Source: a virus (lineage: Duplodnaviria > Heunggongvirae > Uroviricota > Caudoviricetes). Taken from it: a stretch of 4,133 nucleotides of DNA. The position numbers and the translations under genes were made by a program. The stretch is from the IMG/VR virus record IMGVR_UViG_2645727743_000019. One strand, written 5' to 3'. A model generated the notes under the pieces. It had not been told where the DNA came from, did not search any database, and worked only from the letters and a program-made list of their open reading frames with translations. This document shows, piece by piece, positions 1 to 4,133 of the stretch; the stretch's first letter is position 1; every line of letters starts with the position of its first letter.

Positions 1-68
1 TAGCTGAACAGGAGGGACAGCTGATAGAAACAGAAGCCACTGGAGCACCTCAAAAACACCATCATACA

Positions 69-314
69 CTAAATCAGTAAGTTGGCAGCATCACCCAAAC
101 TTCCAGGGTACTCTGAAAGTTTGGATTCTAAATAATGTTTACTGGTTGTTAAATTTCTTACTAGCCCTTGTCTATATTCGGCTGTTACATCAACCAATAC
201 CTTTGCCCCACCGCCAGCGTTTACTATTGCACCCAAGTCACTACTGGAAAAAGGGATTCTTAACATTGGGTTTGTAACTTTTGCGTTACTAAACTGTGTA
301 CCCCTTCTGCTCAT
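69..314 (-). CDS. hypothetical small protein (81 aa) overlapping the 3' end of the AAA ATPase gene; candidate partner of the ATPase
   Basis: Open frame of 81 codons with TAG stop at 69-71. The ATG at 314-312 is preceded on the coding strand by AAGGAGTCAGGAGCAT, which holds two Shine-Dalgarno-like GGAG cores. The start lies inside the last 26 nt of the AAA gene in a different frame, an arrangement typical of translational coupling. Composition is AT-rich like the ATPase gene. I recognise no motif in the protein (contains NAGGGAKVLVDV). Confidence 0.45.
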   Translation of the reverse strand: MSRRGTQFSNAKVTNPMLRIPFSSSDLGAIVNAGGGAKVLVDVTAEYRQGLVRNLTTSKHYLESKLSEYPGSLGDAANLLI

Positions 315-1443
315 ATGCTCCTGACTCCTTCAGAATGTTTGAAATTACTCTTGATGTAAGTTTGTACAAATTAGCAAGAACTCTGATAGAAAATAATTTT
401 TTATCTTTAGAACGTAACCAACGAATTTCATCTTCGTAAGTGCTTAAATTTACACCTTCCATAAGCGATTGCGCAAGATACAAACGCCTATACAATTTAT
501 GGTGATTTATCACACTTGCACCTTCAATAACTGCATCCCTACGTGCATCCAAGCTCACCTGTTCAATTATTGCTCCGGATAATCCCTCCGATTTTCTTGA
601 TAAATCACTTAAATCTAGATCGCTACATATCATATTCTTTAAACGATTTTTCCAAATTAACTCTCTCTGATGTATGTCAGGCAGAGGCATTGGAATTCTG
701 AAGCTAAATCGCCTCCAGATTGCAGGATCCAGAAGTTGCTCATGGTTAGTTGAGGCAATAATTACCGTATCCTCTGATGCCGCATCCATATTCTGCAATA
801 GTGAAATGACAACTCGCTGAAGCTCACCTATATCTCTCTCATTACCTCTTGCTCCAGCTAAAGCATCAAATTCGTCTAAAAAAAGCACTGATGGCCTCTG
901 CATTACATAATCGAAAACCTGTCTAAGATTTTTGCTGGTTTGTCCCAATAAACTACTAATCAAAGTATCGCAACGCACTGTAAGAAGTGGAAAATCTAAG
1001 CGGGTAGCGATGTACTTAGATAACATAGTCTTACCTGTTCCTGGCTTTCCATACACGAGCATACGACTCGGCAATGCTGCATCAGCTTTAACAAACTCAT
1101 CATAACGTTGAACATTAGTGATAAACTCTTCAACACGGGTACTGATTGCTGCAGGCAGAAAAATCTCTGAACTGTCTAATTTAGGATAACTGACATCAAC
1201 AGTGTTGAGTCGACTATCAATATCTACCGGTAATGAGCCCAGAGATATCCCACCTCCAGCCCTTTGAGCTCCTGCCAACGCCTGGGGAGCTCTAAGCAAC
1301 CTTTCTCTTATCATTCTGGCTTGCTTGACCTCCCCTTTTTGTTCGAGCTTATCTGCCAGCAACCCAGCATAATTACTAGCCATCGAAGCATTTGCCTTTG
1401 TTGCACCTTCAATGATTTTTAACACTTCTGATAAATAATCCAT
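289..1443 (-). CDS. AAA family ATPase, classic clade, with uncharacterised ~120-aa N-terminal domain
   Basis: 384-aa ORF, ATG at 1443-1441 preceded by GGGAGTGTTGA (SD-like GGGAG). Walker A is GKPGTGKT (aa 132-139, nt 1027-1050) and Walker B is VLFLDEFD (nt 865-885). Sensor-1 is ASTN, followed by a second region of homology AIWRRFSFRIPMPLP with tandem arginines (aa 244-245). A lid-type motif GLSGAII sits near aa 287-293. The RRF..RI...PLP pattern is what I associate with the Vps4/katanin/spastin-like branch of classic AAA proteins. The N-terminal ~120 residues and C-terminal ~90 residues carry no motif I can assign. Confidence 0.9.
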   Translation of the reverse strand: MDYLSEVLKIIEGATKANASMASNYAGLLADKLEQKGEVKQARMIRERLLRAPQALAGAQRAGGGISLGSLPVDIDSRLNTVDVSYPKLDSSEIFLPAAISTRVEEFITNVQRYDEFVKADAALPSRMLVYGKPGTGKTMLSKYIATRLDFPLLTVRCDTLISSLLGQTSKNLRQVFDYVMQRPSVLFLDEFDALAGARGNERDIGELQRVVISLLQNMDAASEDTVIIASTNHEQLLDPAIWRRFSFRIPMPLPDIHQRELIWKNRLKNMICSDLDLSDLSRKSEGLSGAIIEQVSLDARRDAVIEGASVINHHKLYRRLYLAQSLMEGVNLSTYEDEIRWLRSKDKKLFSIRVLANLYKLTSRVISNILKESGAYEQKGYTV

Positions 1444-1640
1444 TCAACACTCCCACAACAAAAAGCCACAGCAATCAAAAAATGAGCACACAGAATCAAA
1501 ATACTCTCTAATCGTAACGCATTTTGAGATTTTTGATACGTTTTTTTGGGATTATGTAACGCCAAATGGTCATTTTGTGTCAGAAAAATAAATCTTAGTA
1601 CCGAGAATATGTAGCTTCCATCCTTCATCGTTCTATTCAT
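1419..1640 (-). CDS. possible small hydrophobic protein (73 aa) bridging the replication module and the AAA ATPase gene; speculative
   Basis: The ATG at 1640-1638 overlaps the TGA stop (1639-1637) of the upstream 143-aa gene as ATGA, with GGAG 7 nt upstream. The frame stays open for 73 codons through the whole AT-rich 'intergenic' region and ends at TAA 1421-1419, inside the first 25 nt of the AAA gene. The predicted product has a hydrophobic stretch (ESILILCAHFLIAVAFCCGSV) that could be a single transmembrane helix. Against it: rare codons, no recognisable domain, and the region could instead be a non-coding promoter leader. Confidence 0.25.
   Translation of the reverse strand: MNRTMKDGSYIFSVLRFIFLTQNDHLALHNPKKTYQKSQNALRLESILILCAHFLIAVAFCCGSVEWIIYQKC
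1444..1636 (-). promoter_or_regulatory. AT-rich leader upstream of the AAA ATPase gene; possible promoter and operator region (alternative to the small-ORF reading)
   Basis: 193 bp between the stop of the 143-aa gene and the AAA start, about 30% G+C. On the coding strand it contains weak sigma70-like elements (CTGACA ... TTACAT/CATAAT) and an A-tract. A short inverted repeat CCAAATG-GT-CATTTTG sits at 1562-1577 (5-bp perfect core). No convincing intrinsic terminator hairpin with a T-run was seen. Promoter calls by eye are unreliable. Confidence 0.2.
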
Positions 1641-2068
1641 CCCTGATCTCCAAGCCTCTCTCGAAAACCATTCTGATAAAACGCCAGCACACGCTGCATA
1701 ACTTCGCTCTTCCGGCACTCGCGACAGATTATGTTCAGACGCCTGTCGTAGCGGCGTATTTCTCCGTCTGGTAATGACCAGATAAGGTCCGGATCAACCA
1801 CAGATGGTTTCTTCACCTTTGCCCTGGATAGTTTTTTGCGGGCATTTTGCCAGTCCTTACGAGCCTGTTCAGACGGGAATAACCCGTAACCAGAGTTGTA
1901 TACATCGCCACTGGCAACCAGCTCTCTGGCGAGAACGCTCATCAGATATCTTGTCGCACCTGTCTTGGCTTCCAGTTGCCGTAACATCTCGCGCCCACTC
2001 CGGCGTACTAGCTCAACAACCTGCCCTTTAATTTTTTCCCGCTCTTCTTGTGTAAATACTTTTGCCAT
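1637..2068 (-). CDS. hypothetical protein (143 aa), basic, prophage replication-region gene of unknown function
   Basis: ATG at 2068-2066 is preceded by GGAGG at 7-nt spacing and lies 15 nt downstream of the TGA stop of the preceding gene. The longer version in the ORF track begins at a TTG (2083) and is less likely. The protein is rich in R/K and has a single CxxC (ICRECRK). Composition matches the replication module. I do not recognise the family. Confidence 0.65.
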   Translation of the reverse strand: MAKVFTQEEREKIKGQVVELVRRSGREMLRQLEAKTGATRYLMSVLARELVASGDVYNSGYGLFPSEQARKDWQNARKKLSRAKVKKPSVVDPDLIWSLPDGEIRRYDRRLNIICRECRKSEVMQRVLAFYQNGFRERLGDQG

Positions 2069-2083
2069 AAGCGCCTCCGGCAA

Positions 2084-2845
2084 TCACTTTTCCGATACAA
2101 CACGGCGGGAAGAATCAGTAATCTGTCGAACAATATCCCGGTGCTTGTTCAGCTCCCGCAGCGCGGCGCAGACTCGCTCCCACTTCTGGACATGATTTTT
2201 CGCCCGACGCAGTTCGCGGTTTGCCATATGCAGTGATGGTAAAACCAGGTCATCCGCTCGCGTTTCAGTAAACGATGGCAGCGACTGCACAATGTCCGCC
2301 ACAGTTTCTGTTTTAATATCTTCCTGTGTTGCAGCCTCCTGTACTGGTAACGCAACACCTGCGGTATGAGGAAAGGCCTTACCATCAGTTTCCGCTACCG
2401 ATGCTGCTTTCGGCTCTGCTGGTAAATTATCGCCCGGTATGCAGTAACGAAATTTACCGCCCTGATTTACGCGAATCAGACGACCTTTGCTGATTGCCAT
2501 TGCCAGCGTTGAAGCCACTTTGCGTGATGTGGTACCAAACAATGTAGCCAGCTCATCAGCCATTTGTGGTCCTCGTTGTTCAATCGTCGCGGTTAAATCG
2601 CACTCTGAGATTTTCGCTACTGTTGCTGTGGTGATTTCTTCCGGCAGTTCTGCCTGCGCTGGCTGTTCCTGCTGAACGTTGTTATCAGCCACACGCCAGG
2701 TGTACGCGCTTTTATCAACAAAACCAGCCTTTTTCAGTTCCCATAGTTCGTTCAGCACTTCTTCACGACTGATATCAAGTCGCGCAGCAAGTTCTATGGA
2801 TGTGGCTTTTCCCATTGCTTTCAGTGCGTCAAAAACAGTCTCCAT
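2084..2845 (-). CDS. prophage protein with two winged-helix (HTH) DNA-binding-like segments; function unknown
   Basis: Preferred start is ATG 2845-2843, preceded by GGGAGA at 8-nt spacing and lying 22 nt after the DnaC-like stop. The alternative ATG at 2896 would overlap the DnaC-like gene by 29 nt and has a weaker SD. The N-terminus ([29 protein letters not shown]) and a second segment ([32 protein letters not shown]) both look like MarR/Lrp-type winged-helix recognition units. The acidic/Q-rich linker and basic C-terminus resemble proteins I recall following dnaC-like genes in Rac-type prophages (DUF1627-like), but this is unverified. Confidence 0.7.
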   Translation of the reverse strand: METVFDALKAMGKATSIELAARLDISREEVLNELWELKKAGFVDKSAYTWRVADNNVQQEQPAQAELPEEITTATVAKISECDLTATIEQRGPQMADELATLFGTTSRKVASTLAMAISKGRLIRVNQGGKFRYCIPGDNLPAEPKAASVAETDGKAFPHTAGVALPVQEAATQEDIKTETVADIVQSLPSFTETRADDLVLPSLHMANRELRRAKNHVQKWERVCAALRELNKHRDIVRQITDSSRRVVSEK

Positions 2846-2867
2846 TAAATTTTTCTCCCGGTAAAAA

Positions 2868-3614
2868 TTACTTCGCAATTCCTGGCTGGACGACATTCGG
2901 ACGCCAGCTCTCCCAGTTAAAATTCACCCATAGCCCGCCGTTCATGGTCATGCGATCCATAATCCGCTCGCCGAGCAATGTTTTCATGGCCTCATAGTTC
3001 AGGTTTGTCAGCATCCCCACGCTGCGCATCGACGCTGTCCGGCGATCAACAATCTGGTGCAGTACCACCTGCTCGTTTTTCGTCTCGCGCTGAATGCCAA
3101 TTTCATCAAGAACCAGCAGATCCACTTCGCACAGTTCCCGCAAAAATTTTTCGCCTGACTGCCCATCGTCATAGCTGGCGTGGAGGGCACTCATAACATC
3201 AGCCACGGTAACCACAATCACTGTCTGACCGTCTTTCAGCAGGCGATTCCCGATAGCTGCTGCTAAGTGGTTCTTCCCGGTACCAGGTTTTCCGCTAAAC
3301 GCGAAATTTGTGCATCCGGTCATCAGTTCATCAGCGATAGATTTCGCCTGGCTCAACGCGTATCGCTGACCGTCGTTCTGCACCTGGTAATTCGCAAACG
3401 AGCATTTACGGTGCAACGGCTGGATGCCTGAGCGATTCAGAATTTTTTCCACCCGCAACTGGCGATTCAGGCGGTTGATCTCCTCGCTACGTTTCTGGCC
3501 TTCAGCAAGTTGCCACTCGTGCCACTCCGCTACCGTTCTGAATGGGGCGGTTACATGTGGCGGAGCCAGTCTTCGGATACGTTCAAGAACGCCGCCTGCC
3601 GCAATGTTTTTCAT
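2868..3614 (-). CDS. dnaC: DnaC-like replicative helicase loader (prophage paralogue of DnaC)
   Basis: 248-aa ORF with Walker [18 protein letters not shown] (nt 3270-3293), Walker [10 protein letters not shown] and [11 protein letters not shown]. These stretches are near-identical to what I recall of E. coli DnaC ([30 protein letters not shown]). The N-terminus ([17 protein letters not shown]) also resembles DnaC. The ATG at 3614 lies 6 nt after the TGA of the upstream DnaT-like gene with AGGGGG as SD, as in a dnaT-dnaC type operon. Confidence 0.9.
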   Translation of the reverse strand: MKNIAAGGVLERIRRLAPPHVTAPFRTVAEWHEWQLAEGQKRSEEINRLNRQLRVEKILNRSGIQPLHRKCSFANYQVQNDGQRYALSQAKSIADELMTGCTNFAFSGKPGTGKNHLAAAIGNRLLKDGQTVIVVTVADVMSALHASYDDGQSGEKFLRELCEVDLLVLDEIGIQRETKNEQVVLHQIVDRRTASMRSVGMLTNLNYEAMKTLLGERIMDRMTMNGGLWVNFNWESWRPNVVQPGIAK

Positions 3615-3620
3615 GACACG

Positions 3621-4133
3621 TCACCCCCTGAATCCCGGCGGTATTTCAGTGTCCGGTTCAGAAATGTGATTCACGCAACGCTGCGCAGGCAAACGCCCCA
3701 GGCGGATAACCAGTTCATCCCATTTTTCCCGGAGTTTTGCCGGACTCATGATGTTTTTTACCCAGAACGAATCCCGCTGGAGACGCCCAAACATTTCACA
3801 AATTTGTCTGTGAGTTCTGCCATCCAGCATCCGCATTGTGCGAACGTCATTGGCCCATGCTGTCCAGTTGGGTTCTTTCGGTCTAGTGATCTCGCCATCA
3901 TAGCTGGCCGCCTGCTCGTAAAGACTCACGATTCGTCCCCAGATCCACTGTGCGCACACCAAATCTTCCTGACTTCCCCACTGGCGTTTTTTCGCACTGA
4001 ACACAACCGCGTCAGGGTGTCGGGTTAAAAAATCCTGTTCAGCCGTCTGCGGGTCCGGTTGCGAAGCGTCCGGACAAGAAGATCTTTTATCTGACGGATC
4101 AGGTTTTAATACTGACGGATCGGGGTCAATCAT
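3621..4133 (-). CDS. phage replication protein with DnaT-like (primosomal protein I) C-terminal domain; possibly 5'-truncated by the window edge
   Basis: Open frame running from the window edge to TGA 3623-3621. The C-terminus (ISEPDTEIPPGFRG) closely matches the C-terminal end of E. coli DnaT as I recall it (...SEPDSQIPPGFRG). It sits immediately upstream of, and is coupled to, the DnaC-like gene. The frame begins with ATG exactly at 4133-4131, so the true start may be this codon or may lie beyond the window. Confidence 0.8.
   Translation of the reverse strand: MIDPDPSVLKPDPSDKRSSCPDASQPDPQTAEQDFLTRHPDAVVFSAKKRQWGSQEDLVCAQWIWGRIVSLYEQAASYDGEITRPKEPNWTAWANDVRTMRMLDGRTHRQICEMFGRLQRDSFWVKNIMSPAKLREKWDELVIRLGRLPAQRCVNHISEPDTEIPPGFRG

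Noticed and set aside
289-1443. Assignment of the AAA ATPase to a named system (CBASS Cap6/TRIP13-like, Dodola DolB-like, IetA-like)
   Set aside because: I cannot verify any of these from sequence memory. Expected partner genes (CD-NTase/HORMA, DUF6414 protein, S8 protease) are not in the window, and the neighbouring ORFs are too small. I leave it unassigned rather than name a family.
1444-1636. Intrinsic terminator separating the replication operon from the AAA cassette
   Set aside because: I found no G+C-rich hairpin followed by a T-run on the minus strand. The only inverted repeat (1562-1577) has a 5-bp AT-rich core and is expected by chance in AT-rich DNA, so read-through from the replication operon cannot be excluded.
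1637-2083. Longer 148-aa version of the hypothetical protein starting at 2083
   Set aside because: The codon at 2083-2081 is TTG, not ATG, and lacks an SD. The in-frame ATG at 2068 has a GGAGG SD at ideal spacing.
2149-2385. Minus-strand 78-aa ORF nested out of frame inside the winged-helix gene
   Set aside because: It is fully embedded in a better-supported gene in another frame, has no SD, and its product is Arg/Cys-rich and low-complexity.
3008-3190. Minus-strand 60-aa ORF nested inside the DnaC-like gene
   Set aside because: It lies out of frame within the conserved DnaC-like coding sequence. A chance open frame is the likeliest explanation.
1804-4028. Plus-strand ORFs from the six-frame track (1804-2031, 1896-2195, 2048-2236, 2487-2675, 2679-2864, 2800-2997, 2978-3196, 3424-3669, 3510-4028)
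   Set aside because: All lie antisense to minus-strand genes that have recognisable motifs, coupled starts and SD sequences. Their products are low-complexity and rich in S/R/C/P, as expected for antisense frames in ~55% G+C DNA. No convincing SD or start context was seen.
1-4133. CRISPR array, tRNA/rRNA genes, insertion-sequence inverted repeats or transposase
   Set aside because: No regularly spaced repeats of 20-40 bp, no cloverleaf-like conserved tRNA features and no transposase-like ORF were apparent. The only direct repeat is the two-copy 21-bp unit at 4091-4133, reported separately.

Overview
All supported genes in this 4.1 kb window lie on the minus strand and are tightly packed, with overlapping or near-overlapping stops and starts. 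Coordinates 1637-4133 (about 50-55% G+C by hand count) look like the replication module of an enterobacterial lambdoid (Rac-like) prophage: a replication protein with a DnaT-like C-terminus (cut by the window edge), a DnaC-like helicase loader, a protein with two winged-helix motifs, and a 143-aa hypothetical. At about 1640 the composition drops sharply to roughly 25-35% G+C. The AT-rich stretch (about 100-1640) encodes a 384-aa classic-clade AAA ATPase with an unassigned ~120-aa N-terminal domain, a translationally coupled 81-aa ORF overlapping its 3' end, and a possible 73-aa hydrophobic ORF overlapping its 5' end. I cannot assign this cassette to any named defence, anti-defence or toxin-antitoxin family from memory; it is the best candidate for an undescribed accessory system here. 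No rRNA, tRNA, CRISPR array or transposase was seen. All homology statements rest on motif recognition by eye and recall, not on a database search.
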